Shown: positions 42,769-57,717, counted from the first letter of the stretch. The stretch: DNA of 64,000 nucleotides from the human T2T-CHM13v2.0 reference genome, Homo sapiens (GCF_009914755.1 NC_060945.1), one strand, 5' to 3'. Notes: generated by a model from the letters alone, not told the origin. Translations and numbers: made by a program.

Positions 42769-43837
42769 CTGCGAAAGACCACAAGCTGTGATAGCAGCAG
42801 TGGAATTTTTGCTTTTGCTTGCCTTTTGTTACCCAAGGAGGTGCTCTGGTGTTTGAAGTGATGTGTGGGGCCACGGAACTTTCAAATGTCTCTATCCATT
42901 GTGTTACCCTACAAGGACAGGTGGAGAAGCAAAGCCCGGCGGGGGTGGGTCAGGCCGTCTGTGCTCTGGCTTCCCATGTGGAGTCACAAGCAGCTGCCCC
43001 AGTGGAAATCAGAGGTCAGTTCCCCGGCCCCTGGGGTAATGTTCCACAGAGCAGCACAGCTGCTTCTGTTGCACAGAAGAATCCACATGGGGAGTGAAGT
43101 GTAGCAGGTGGCGGTAAGCCCCACTCTGCTCCCACACACTTGGCAAGGCAGGTCTCACATCAGCAGTGTTCTGCTAGCAGCAGCTTGCTGGGTTCCAGGC
43201 AGCCTGCAGTCAGAACTTCAGATTGCCCCAGGCCATAAGCTTTCCTGACCAAGACAGAAACTGGGCTTTCAGGCCACATTCATGAAGCAGAGGCCCTCAG
43301 CTTCTGTGCCTGTGGCTACAGCACACTTCCCAGTTACCCCTCAGTTCTGGCCGATGGGGTTCATCTCCGCTGAAGATTATATCGCAAATCTCAGTTGGGA
43401 GCTTCTCTCAAAATGTGACTGCCACCTGAGTTAGCTGGCAGACTTCTGCGATCTTCCCTGTGAGATAGGGTGAGGAATGGCTTCCCTCTGTCCCTGCTGG
43501 GGCCTGGGAGAACATGCAAAGCTGTCCAAATGCTGCTCCTTCTCATATGTTCCCCACCACCCACTAAATCAGTTCCAATTCTAGATAGAGTTAAGGCCTC
43601 CCCCCGTGGCCTGGATTGCTGGGATCTTCCATGGCAGTGTTTGTCATGGTGGCATTCTCTCCCCCTTCACACTCTGGAGGCTCACAGTTTTCCACCTGGA
43701 CCATGGTATAGGCTGCTGCCCAGCACTTCTTTCAAACGGTCTGTGATTTTATTCAGCTTTTCTAAGTTCCCGTGTTGCTTCTTGGAGAAAAGTTCACAGC
43801 GTGAATCTCTGTATTTTGTCTGTCCACATGGGCTGTC

Positions 43838-43873
43838 TTAAAATTTGTGATGTCATCTCCATATGGGATGAAG
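43838..43873 (-). repeat. Perfect 36-bp inverted copy of 44870-44905 (templated insertion)
   Basis: ttaaaatttgtgatgtcatctccatatgggatgaag is the reverse complement of cttcatcccatatggagatgacatcacaaattttaa. Confidence 0.95.
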
Positions 43874-43924
43874 CATGGAGGCAGGCTAACAATGCCTCCA
43901 ATTTGCTATGGGGGGGAGAAAACT

Positions 43925-44180
43925 ATTTTTAAAATTTTTAATGAACACATAATTGTACATATTTATGGGGAGCAATGTTATATTTCAACACATGTATACA
44001 TTGTGTAGTTATCAAACCAGGGTATTTGACTGTTCATCACTTCCGATATTTATCACTTCTTTTTGGTGTAAACATACAAAACCCTTTCTTCTGGCTATTG
44101 ATATATACAATGCCTTATTGAGAACCATAGTCAACCTACTGTGAAATAGGACAACAGAATATATTCTTCCTTTGGGTGTT
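43925..44180 (-). mobile_element. L1MA 3' end
   Basis: ataattgtacatatttatgggg...catgtatacattgtgta. Confidence 0.75.
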
Positions 44181-44335
44181 ACTTCTTTTTAAAAAAATAT
44201 AAGTTGAATTTAATCTTTATTAAAGTCTTGACAGTAGAGCACTTATTAGGGATGCCAACCAGAGCTGGTAACTCTGTGGTAGGGTTTGAGGGAAGGTGTG
44301 AAGCCCCTCTTTCTCAATAATATCTGAATCACAGG

Positions 44336-44749
44336 TTTCACGCGTGTCTGTGTGAAGAGACCACCAAACAGGTTTTGTGTGAGCAACAAGGCTGTTTATT
44401 TCACCTGGGTGCAGGCAGGCTGAATCCAAAAAGAGAGTCAGTGAAGGGAGATAGGGGTGGGGCCGTTTTATAGGATTTGGGTAGGTAAAGGAAAATTACA
44501 GTCAAAGGGGGTTGTTCTTTGGCAGACAGGGGTGGGGGTCACAAGGTGCTCAGTGGGGGAGCTTTTTGAGCCAGGATGAGCCAGGAGAAGGAATTTCACA
44601 AGGTAATGTCATCAGTTAAGGCAGGAACAGGCCATTTTCACTTCTTTTGTGGTGGAATGTCATCCGTTAAGGCAGGAACCGGCCATCTGGATGTGTACGT
44701 GCAGGTCACAGGGGATATGATGGCTTAGCTTGGGCTCAGAGGCCTGACA
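44336..44749 (-). mobile_element. HERV-H LTR7 solo LTR
   Basis: Minus strand tgtcaggcctctgagcccaagctaagcc...cacgcgtgaaa; TATAAAA, AATAAA and internal direct repeats present; perfect TSD ACAGG. Confidence 0.96.
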
Positions 44750-44884
44750 ACAGGCACTTGAAATTTCCCAATAAGAATCTTTTTTTTTTTTTTGGTCACA
44801 GTCATGTTAGTTTCTATTCAAATTCTTCCTTCTCTATCCTTCCTTCCTGCCCCATCATCCTCCCCATCCCTTCATCCCATATGG

Positions 44885-45050
44885 AGATGACATCACAAAT
44901 TTTAATGTACATAGGAATCACTGGGGTGGTTTATTAGGAATGCACGTATCTGGGCCTCAGCTCTAAGGATTCCAGTTCTGTATGGGCTTAGGGTGGGACT
45001 CGGAATCTGCATTTTTACTAGACCTTATTTCACGCTAATGCAGGCTTACA
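44885..45050. mobile_element. MER5A/B hAT-Charlie MITE
   Basis: gaatcactgggg...aatgca...ctgggcc...gggtgggactcggaatctgcatttt. Confidence 0.7.
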
Positions 45051-45159
45051 TTCTTAGTGGCTTATACAAAAGTATTTTCCAGATACTTTGCAAATCATGA
45101 AAAGTCCAGAACCAGGATATAAGAAATTTAGAAGACTATTGATGAAGACAATGGAATAT

Positions 45160-45400
45160 AATATTAATAGTTGCCATCAACTGACAGCGTAGAATATGCT
45201 TGATGTTTAACGCATGTTAATTTTCATCATTATACCAGTCCTGGAGGATAGGTGCTATTGTCACCATTTTACAATGAGAAAAGAGAGGCTGAAAAGGAAG
45301 AGTAATTGCCCATCTTCTCACACAGTAAATAGTAAGAATGAAATCTGAATCCAAATACAATCCCAAAGTCCTTCCTTTGAGGAAGAGAGGAAGTTTATCT
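45160..45400 (-). mobile_element. MIR SINE
   Basis: aggtgctattgtcaccattttacaatgagaaaagagaggct. Confidence 0.65.
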
Positions 45401-45715
45401 ACTGACTCTGATAACAATTAGTGACTAAGGCCATTTCTTGAATGAGTAATTCTTAGCCCGTTATAGAACCTACAAGACACCCCAAGTCTAAAAAATGTTT
45501 TGTTGTTGTTGTTGTTGTTTGGTGTGTTTACCTGTGTGAGACAAACTAACAACATAAGCCATGCTTCCTCATTTCTGTTTGGCAGCATGATTTCATAAGC
45601 CCCTATGTGTTGATATGTAGTTTTTTGGAGGGATTCTTTGTAGATAAAATAGGATAGAGTGCAAAGACTTTCATGTCTCTTGCCTGAGTCACTATATTCC
45701 TTAAAAATAAATGAG

Positions 45716-45968
<253 letters not shown>

Positions 45969-46007
45969 CTATAAGGAGATGTACTCTATAGTCCTCAGTA
46001 AGACTGT

Positions 46008-46360
46008 AGGTTTTTCTCAACTTTTATTTTAGTTTCAGGGTTACATGCGCAGGTTTGTTCTATAGAAAAATTGCATGTCGTGGGGGTTTGATGTACATAT
46101 TATTTCATCACCGAGATAATAAGCATAGTACCCAACGGGTAGTTTTTCAATCCTCAGCTTCCTCCCCGCCTACACCCTCTAGTAGTCCCTGGTGTCTGTG
46201 GTTCCCTTCTTTGTTTCCATGTGTATTCAGTGTTTAGCTCCCACTTATAAATAAGAACATGTGTTATTTAGTTTTCTGTTCCTGCACTAGTTCGCGCAGG
46301 ATAATGGCCTCCAGCTCCATCCATGTTGCTGCAAAGGACATGATCTCATTCTTTTTCTCA
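46008..46360 (-). mobile_element. L1PA15/16-like 3' end
   Basis: aacttttattttagtttcaggg...gctgcaaaggacatgatctcattc. Confidence 0.88.
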
Positions 46361-46460
46361 TTTTCTTTATTTCACTCATTTATCTAATGATTGATGATGT
46401 TGAGCATTTTTCTTTAATTTTTAAAAGCTTGATTTTTTCTTTGTCAATATTCATTTGATA

Positions 46461-47183
46461 TGTGTGATGAAAATGAGACCCTAAACCCCCCAAATAACTG
46501 AATGAAACCCCTGTTTGCCAAGGGGACTGCTGAGAAACCTTAAAAGCTACATCTCCTACCAAAACAGGATGAGAGGTATGACACATCTCATTACAACCCT
46601 TCTCTCAATAACTACCATTGGTCTTTCTTCCTTAAGGGCTAAACAGAAGCAAACCCAGTTGACAGCCTTGCTACGCCACTGATTTCAATCAACTGACTGG
46701 TACTGCAGCCAGACCTGCCTTCCTCCTTGTGGTTTCCACAAGCAGCTGATCAGTTTAACAACACATCCCTTCCTGACTTTTGACTACTGACCACAGACTG
46801 GTTCTGGTCAGTTGACAGAGCACAGGTTTCCTCTTTGTCCTCTATTTCATATTTTTACACATACAGCCCAATTTTAATGCATCTACACATTAAGTCTCTG
46901 CCCCAAAGTGAACATGGGAAATATGGAACATGCATGCTTGTTTAATGTCCACCTGTGAGAATATTCATAGCTCCTTCTACAACCTGTTAAATATGTATAC
47001 TTAGCCAATTCATTCAGCATAAATTTCTGTCTCATCCTTCTTCCTTCAAAGTACCTGTTTTTGGTCTCTAATGGAGGCTACACTTCCCAGCCTGTAGGAT
47101 GACCATCCTGCAGGCTTCAACCCTTTATGAGGAATAAATCTCTCTTCTCCAAATTTATGGATCTTGTGATTCTTCGGTTGACA
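46461..47183 (+). mobile_element. MER4-group ERV1 solo LTR (MER49/MER72-like)
   Basis: TG...CA ends, aataaa at ~47133, near-TSD gata/gatt; subfamily tentative. Confidence 0.7.
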
Positions 47184-47379
47184 GATTGTTCTCCAGAGCT
47201 TTCAGTTAAGAAGTTTTGAGCTCCTTCTTATTTTTATTTGACCCCAAGTGAATGTGTTCTTTCTTGGGTTAGTAGAAAAGGCAACTTCCTGTTCTACTGG
47301 GTATAGATTTGATTAAATTGATCTGGGTACTGGACACGTTCTGTTCAGCCACCTCCAATCAACATATAAGCAGCCACTG

Positions 47380-48390
<1,011 letters not shown>

Positions 48391-48490
48391 GGTATATATG
48401 AACTTGAACATTATGGATAATAATGGTTAATCATTATATAAATGTACATATGTATAAAATACTACATTTGGGCAGGTTTTAGGGAGTCAT

Positions 48491-48685
48491 CAGCAGTACA
48501 TGAGGCCAGTTGCTTCTGAATGGGCAAAGGAATGTCGTGGGTCACTCCTATACTTCTTCACTGTGAAAATGTTTTTCTGATTAATGTCTATGGAGTGTGG
48601 ACTTTCATGGCTGTAAATCAGGTATCCTATAAGCCCCCAGTTAGGAGTGCTGGCTGAACTGCTGCTCAGGAAAGGCAAACCACTC
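48491..48685 (-). mobile_element. ERVL integrase-region fragment; copy C, duplicate of 50608-50800
   Basis: Shared aggccagttgcttctgaatgggcaaag...gctcaggaaaggcaaacc. Confidence 0.8.
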
Positions 48686-48700
48686 ATTTATTACCATGTG

Positions 48701-48805
48701 TTAGGTTGGCACAACAGCAATTGCAGTTTTTGCCATTAAAAGTAATTGCAAAGACCGCAAAAGCTTTTAATGGCAAAACCTGCAATTACTTTTGCAGCAA
48801 CCTAA
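48701..48805. mobile_element. MADE1 (Hsmar1 MITE) with internal duplication, 105 bp
   Basis: Palindromic ttaggttgg...caacctaa with flanking TG/TA. Confidence 0.9.
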
Positions 48806-49169
48806 TAGTAAGATGGCAAATTATATACAATATATACTTTGTTTAACATCCTGATATGTTGGCTACATTTTAAAGGTAAATGCTTTCAATGCACCACCTA
48901 TTTCTATATTTCTATGTTTGCATACGCCTAAAGCATATAAATGTATATAAATAAATTTTTACCACAAATCGTTAAGTGAATAATGTACAAAAGGCATAAA
49001 ATTCAAATTTGTTTTTTTCAATACAACGACTAAATTAATTTATACCCAGGTTAGCAGGGGTTCCTTGTGTTTTCTAAATATTCTGTTAATGCTTGTGTTT
49101 AAGAGTGGTATAATAGATGAATATAAGAAGATTTTGTTCTAGGATTTTTGACTTATAAAACTCCCTTCA

Positions 49170-50520
49170 CTTTTATTTGTGGGAAGCCCAGACAGGTCAC
49201 TGGGGTACTGACTCAATACACAGAAATCATCTGAGGCCCATTGCCCATTTCAGTCTTTCATTTGATCCAGCAGTCAATGCAAAGCCACCTCATCAAGAAG
49301 TTATAGAAGCAGTAGCATATCTTATGAAAGTTGCAACTCATTTATTTCTAGGGTCTCTTTTAAAGTTAATGATTTCCCATGCAGACTCTTCTACTGACAA
49401 GCACTCAGTATTTCTCAGCTAATCGCATTCCTTCCCCTTCACACACATTACTATCCATTGCACAACACTCTTTAGAGCCAGCCACTCTCTAGAAGACTGT
49501 AATTGCTTACCTCTCTTAGGAAACTATCCAAGCCCTAAGCCCTACCAGGAGCTATTAGAAATTTCCTTGGCTATTCACAAAATTTGTTTGTTGATGGCTT
49601 AACCTCAAAAGAAAAAGAGATTTTCCAAGCAAGTTATAACAAACCTGAATAGGCTCTTGAAATATGTAAGCCACATCCAGAAATGAAATCAGTTCAAGTA
49701 GCAAAATTAATTGTTCTTGCCCATATCTGCCAGCTAGCAAAAGATAAAAGATCAAATGTTTGTACTAAAAGTAGATATGATTTTGAACTAGTACATGACT
49801 TCAAACACCATAGCACTTCCTAACTGCCACAGAAAATCCTATGAAAACAAATGAAAAATTTTGTATATGCTTCGCTATTACCTAAGGGGATAGACACAAC
49901 AGTAATGGAGTTTAACAAAAATGTTTCAGGATTTTATCCCCAATAGCAGAGATAAATTGGCAGTGATATTGATTCAACATTAGTGGGTAATTTAAAGAGT
50001 ATTTCCAAGGATGTTTGCATGTTTTGCTATCTTAGTCAATGTGGGCTGCTACAATAAAACATCAAAGACTAGGTGGCTTCTAACCAACAGAAACTTATTT
50101 CTCACAGTCCTAGAGTCTGAAAGTGTGAAATCAGGCTGCCAGCATAGTCGGATTCTGGTGAGGGCCTTCCTCTGAGCTTCACTGTTGTCTTCTTGTATCC
50201 TCATATGGTGAAAAGAGGGTGAGTGAGCTCTCTGGGGTGCTTTATACAAGAGCACTAATCCCATTCAAGAGGGCTTCACCCTCATGACATAATCACCTCC
50301 AAAAAGCCCTACCTCCTAGCTACCATCAAAACAAAGGTTAGGATTTCAACATCTGAATTTTGGGAGGACAACAAATGTGCAGTCCATTGCACCTACCTAC
50401 CAACAACACAATTCTTACAAGATGGTAGAAGTAAGAAATGAGAGGAACCACATGGGCTATGAGTAATGTTCTGGTAATTGTTTATTTTCAGGATGGATTG
50501 AGGCTTTCCCTGCAGTCTCT
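49170..50520 (+). pseudogene. Degenerate class I (ERV1) pol fossil: RT connection, RNase H and integrase
   Basis: RPIAHFSLSFDPAV...LFLGSLLKLMISHA in ORF 49177; QVAKLIVLAHICQLAKDKRSNVCTKSRYDFELVHDF at 49695-49802; FSGWIEAFP at 50485-50511. Confidence 0.82.
50028..50391 (-). mobile_element. MLT1A-like LTR inserted in the ERV1 integrase
   Basis: tatcttagtc...acagaaacttatttctcacagt...cagtccattgca. Confidence 0.88.
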
Positions 50521-50539
50521 GATATAATAGGCACACTTT

Positions 50540-52003
50540 GTCCTAAAGGATGGCAAAAAGAGTGACTTCTGAGCTGGGGCTTCTGTTGCCCTTCTGGAAG
50601 GCCATTCCAGTATTGCACAAGGCCAGTTGCTTCTGAATGGGCAAAGAAATGTCATGGGCCACTTCTGGACTCCTTCACTATGAAAAGTGTTTCCTGATTG
50701 GTGTCTGTGCTGTATGGAATTTCACAGCTGTAAGTCAGGCATTCTATAAGCCCCCAAATAGGAGCTCTGGCTGAACTTCTGCTCAGGAAAGGCAAACCCA
50801 TAACCCACAGGTGCCTATCTTGGTAAGAACAAATATTGATCCTCCATAATGGAAAGTGACTTGTTGATTTCCTTTGAGGAACAATGCTATCTCGAGGCTT
50901 TTTGTTGGTTTCCTTTGCGGATCAGTTGGACTCTCAGATGCAGCAGTAGCTACATCCGTGTTGGTCAATGAAAATCCATGTCGTAGGCCCCAAATGCAGC
51001 CTATATGTTTGTCACTATGACCACTCTGGCCATCATACTGTACTGGAGCGGCCGATGACAAAGGCCGGCTGATATCTCCTGGCTAAGTTGTTCTATGTGT
51101 TTGGTTGCTCAGTGCCTTTTCCACGGTGAATGTTTTAGATGATGTTAACACTGAATTCACATGTTGTATGACAATGTCACTCTCATGTGTCAGCCATGGA
51201 CCTCTACCTTAGAATTTCTTGTCTTTGTTCTTCCAGTTCTTTTCCTTCCAAGTCCTTGGCCAGACATCCAGGCCAGTGGCCACTTCAGGGAAATCTATAG
51301 ATATTCTCATCTTGGGCCACTTCTCCTTCCATACAAAGTGAATGACTAAGAGCACTACTCACAGCTCTGCCCATTGGAAAGAATTTCCCCTTTTGCTCTT
51401 TTGCGTGGCCAATCCTATGTGCGTGTAGTGCAGCCACTATCCATGTTGGCCCATGCACTGAGCCAACCCCTCCATCAGCCACTTTTTCCTCATCTTTCAG
51501 CTGTTGGAATGGTACTCTTCATAGAACCATGACTGCAAGCCAGTCGTAAGTGTCCCTCTTACCACCTGTTTACTCAGATCACAGCTGGTACCACTTGTGA
51601 TAGTTCAGGCCCTCCAACAAGCCCCCTCGAAGATTTTACTAGGGGAAATGCCTATGATAAAACATACGGAAGAAGAGCAGGGAGGCTGGGAGAGTCATCA
51701 TACCCCATGCAAGTCTGAGCCTGAAGGAAGGAAAGAGAAAAGGAAGGTTGGATGGAAGCATCACAGACCAGTGTGCAGTCTAATGGAAGTCCAGCAAGAG
51801 ACCACTGGGGAGCCCATGAGGCAGAGTTGCCAGAAGGAGTTCCCTGTATCCTAGGGTCAAAACTGCCTTAGCATCACTGAGTCTATGGGAAGCATGGTGT
51901 TGGCTCAAACATGGTGATGGATTTCAAAGAACAGCCAGGGACCTCAGTCAGTTCCACTGCCTCTAGTTAGAGTTCTGCAAGGTGGATTCTCATGGTCACC
52001 AAA
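50540..52003 (-). mobile_element. LTR16-type LTR (51596-52003) plus deleted ERVL/HERV16-like internal region (RNase H, integrase); copy B
   Basis: PBS-region ctggtaccact next to the LTR; DG...W.VAAL and QWAEL RNase H remnants. Confidence 0.78.
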
Positions 52004-52079
52004 ATATCCTTATATAGGCTCCTCCTGATGATTGCCTCATATAATTAACCCAGATTTCAGTCTTATAAAAATGAGCCTG

Positions 52080-52937
<858 letters not shown>

Positions 52938-53735
52938 TCAATCCTACCAGCAAAACCTAACCCATCAAGAATGAGGACAAATATTAGGATTATCACTGCT
53001 GAAATAATTCAGTTTGTTCTCTTTAGAGATTTTCCAGCCAGCTTTGCAACTGCTATTTAAGTCCACTCTAAAATATTCCTCATTTTAAGAAACAAATTAT
53101 CAGCTCATTTCTATCGAGATGTTCAATGCTTATATTCCCAGTGACTTCTATACCCCTTTAAATCACTGCTTGTTTATAAGAACACAACTTCTGCAACAAA
53201 ACAGTTTAAATTCATTAGCCGGGGTTGTCATGGTCAATTGCATAGTGTTTTATTTCCTTTAGCTACAGGGCAGTTTATAATGAACACATCTGACTGTGCC
53301 TAAATAAATATTGCATATGATAGTTCAAGTAAAAAATTCATGACGGAGGGGAAAAGCCAACCAGATCTCTGGAAAGAACCAAGATGTTCAATGTTGAGAT
53401 ATATTTTCATTGCTTCGCTTTGGTAATTTAGACTCTTGTCTTGAGGTACTCTTTCAAGAACTAATAACTACTTTTTTTTACCTGGTGATTGCCTGAGTTA
53501 CATTTGGCCAGGGGATGATTTCCAGGGTCTTAAGTGCTATTGCACGACCACTGTCACATCAGACGATTCAACAATTTCTTCTCTAACAAAAGGAGCAAAA
53601 AGGACTAACCCAAATCCAATTGCAATTTTCTCTAGACAAACTCTTGATTGGCAAAATTATGGGGATGCTAATGACCTGGATATTGTACATTCGTATTCTT
53701 CACAGTGATTGTCTCTACCCTTGGCCAAAAGAGAG

Positions 53736-54304
53736 TGTTGAGAGAGACAAAAGTACTCTTGATGGCTATCAGCTGAGCTGGCCTGGCTCTAACAATTAGG
53801 CCATGGTGTTCTGCTGAACATAAAGAATGTCACATAACACTGCATCAGACAAGGCCACTCTGCCTATGATAGCACAAGACAAAAACAAACCACTCCATAT
53901 TTATATCTGACTGAGCACAGCCAAAATCCAGAACACAGTGCAAACTAAGAAATAACCAGACATCCCTCTCCGTTAGCTAATACGAGTAACTGGTACTTCC
54001 TTACCAATTCTAGTGTGGCTCTACTTTATTTCTCCTGCCTTTATATAAAAATAATTAATACACTTCAAACATAGAACAGCCCTTACTTTGACAGCACTTA
54101 ATTCAGAGCACAGCCACGTGTTCTCAAATCTTCTACAAAATCATCTAACATAAGCTCCAGTTCTCTAACCTCCCACTACCACCCTCAACACAGAGATGCC
54201 CCATGGCTCACCATGTGTTCTTCCTCACAGCAAGAAGCAATTAAACTCACCTTTGTTTGACTACCAGTTTGTTTCTAGTAGACTCTGACTAGAGGACATT
54301 GATA
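53736..54304 (+). mobile_element. MER67-like ERV1 solo LTR
   Basis: tgttgagagagacaa...catcagacaaggccactctg...ctagaggacattgata. Confidence 0.7.
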
Positions 54305-54639
54305 GTTCTTATCTCAATTCTTAATTTTAATTATATCTTTCTTTTTTTTAGTTATTTGTTAACATTGGGTTACTTACAGATGATAACAGCAAGAATTGTG
54401 TTGATTTCATTCACTTTGCATTTGCAAAGCCTGGTATATTGAAATCTGTTAACAAATACTTGTAGAATGAATGGGGATTAAAGGAAATCTGAGAATAGGA
54501 AAAACACAATATATTTGACTTGAAAATTTTTAAAAATTATCTTCTTTTCTATGTAATACAGTATAAACCAGTTATGCCAAAGTTTGACAAGCCTAGAATC
54601 AACATCCTTACTTTATAAAGACTTACCTTAAAAGCATAA

Positions 54640-55115
54640 CCACTACAATGGAATATTATTTGACCATAAAAAGGAATGAAGTATGTACTGATACCTGATA
54701 CAACAGAGATGAATCTTGAAAACATTACACTAAGTGAAAAAAGCTAGTCACAAGAGACCATTTGATATATGATTCTATTTATGTGAAATGTCCAGAAAAG
54801 GCAAATCTGTACAGAAAGTTGTTTAGTGGCTGCCTAGGGCTGGGGGATAGAAGGATTGGATGTGATAGCTAAAGGGCATGATTTTTTTGTGGGGTAATGA
54901 AAATATTCTAGAATTTTTTGTGGTGATGGTTGTACAACTTTGTGAACATGCTAAAACCCATAAATCATACAATTTAAATGGGTGAATTATATGTATATAA
55001 TTCATATAATTATTTGTATGAATTTATATGTATAATTTATATCCTTATGTACATATAATTATATGTATAATTTGTATCCTTATATACATGTAATTCAATA
55101 AGACTATTACCCCAA
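54640..55115 (+). mobile_element. L1MB 3' end
   Basis: acaatggaatattatt...ataaaaaggaatgaagta...gtggtgatggttgtacaac. Confidence 0.85.
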
Positions 55116-55624
55116 AATAACCATCAATACAGCATTTTGTATCTACTAGAGATGTACTTTTGATATTTTTAGTGACATGAAAGCACATTATTAATATAAA
55201 GTTGTGCAAAATATGAAGACACAGAAATGACTACACAATGTGATGTGAAGTATATTTATAGACAGACAGAGAGGTCTAAAATAAAATGCCTTAAAATGTT
55301 AATGCTATTTTAGCTGCATTTCAAGTGATTTTTATTTTTAATTACACAGTTTTCCTATTTTCCAAGTATTCCATGATGAGAAGATATTACTTATAGTCAG
55401 AAATACGTTACAAAAATATTCTAAGTATTATAATTTTTTGTGACATAGTTTTATTGTTAAATAGAAAAAAACTTTTGGGTTCTTTCAAAGCAATCATACT
55501 TTACAGAGGACACAGGAAATATATATTATACATATACACATTAATGATTATGAAAAGGGTATCTTTTTTGACACATAATGATCACCTTCACAAGAGAATA
55601 GTATGTCAGAGATTGACACCTTCT

Positions 55625-56180
55625 TTTTTTTTATTATTATACTTTAAGTTCTAGGGTACATGTGCACAACTTGCAGGTTTGTTACATTTGTATACATGTG
55701 CCATGTTGGTGTGCTGCCCCTGTTAACTCGTCATTTACACTAGGTTATCTCCTAACGCTATCCCTCCCCCCATCCCTCACCCCATGACAGGTCCCAGTGT
55801 GTGATATTCCCCATCCTGTGTCCAAGTGTTCTCATTGTCCAATTGCCACCTATAAGTGAGAACATGCGGTGTTTGGTTTCCTGTCCTTGCGATAATTTGC
55901 TCAGAATGATGGTTTCCAGCTTCAACCATGTCCCTACAAAGGACATGAACTCATCCTTTTTTTATGGTTGCATAGTATTCCATGGTGTATATGTGCCACA
56001 TTTTATTAATCCAGTCCCTCACTGATGGACATTTGGGTTGGTTCCAAGTCTTTGCTATTGTGAATAGTGCCGTAATAAACATATATGTGCATGTGTCTGT
56101 AAAGCAGCATGATTTATAATCCTTTGGGTGTATACCCAGTAATGGGATGGCTGGGTCAAATGTTATTTCTAGTTCTAGAT
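55625..56180 (-). mobile_element. 5'-truncated L1PA (PA4-7-like)
   Basis: ttattattatactttaagttctagggtacatgtgcacaac; TSD gagattgacaccttct/aagactgacactttct. Confidence 0.95.
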
Positions 56181-56979
56181 AAGACTGACACTTTCTGATG
56201 GCATTTGGTTATAGCACTGGAGTAAAATTACCAGCAGAATCAAAGACAAAATCTTAATTTTTCATAACTCAACACTGATATATCTTTAAAGAAGACAGGA
56301 TAAAATGCTTGCCACTGCATTTATGACTTCCCAGAATTAAAAAAAAAAAACTTTAGGTTAAAAAATCTGAAAATCTTCTTTAAAACATAATTTAAGAATA
56401 TCTCAAGTGCTATGTAAAAACTCTAAATGCAAAATACTTATAACTTTTGCAAAGAAAATGTTGAAAACTACAAAAGAACTTGTAGAGAAGGAAAGAAAGA
56501 TTAATTTTTAGAGGATGAAGCTGGAAAAATGTTGTTTCCTATGAGAAAGAATACGAGGGAAGAGCAACAATTTTGGTAAATAATTGAAAAACTCTGCATT
56601 ATAAGATTCAGTAGGCTGCTAATGCGGTCCTTAACATGTGTACATAAAAAATAAGCAACACAGTTCCTGTCCTCAAGAGGCTTCATGCTACCTGGGGACA
56701 CTAAACAAAGACAGGTTCAAAAATACTTAAGGATGTTTCTGGAACAATGTGTGACTAACAGCAAATTCACATTACAAATATGAACAAGCACTGAGAATAT
56801 GCAGCAAAAGATAGAACCAGCCCTGCAATTCACGTCGTGCAAACCAGGTAGGTAGAATAGGAGGACATCCTGGGGCACAGGCGTAAAGGCTCTTTAGGAC
56901 CCAGAAGTACATTTTATTCTCCTCTGAGAATGGTCTTAATGGACCCAGCTACCCCCCAATTCATTGATCCTCCTGTTAA

Positions 56980-57717
<738 letters not shown>

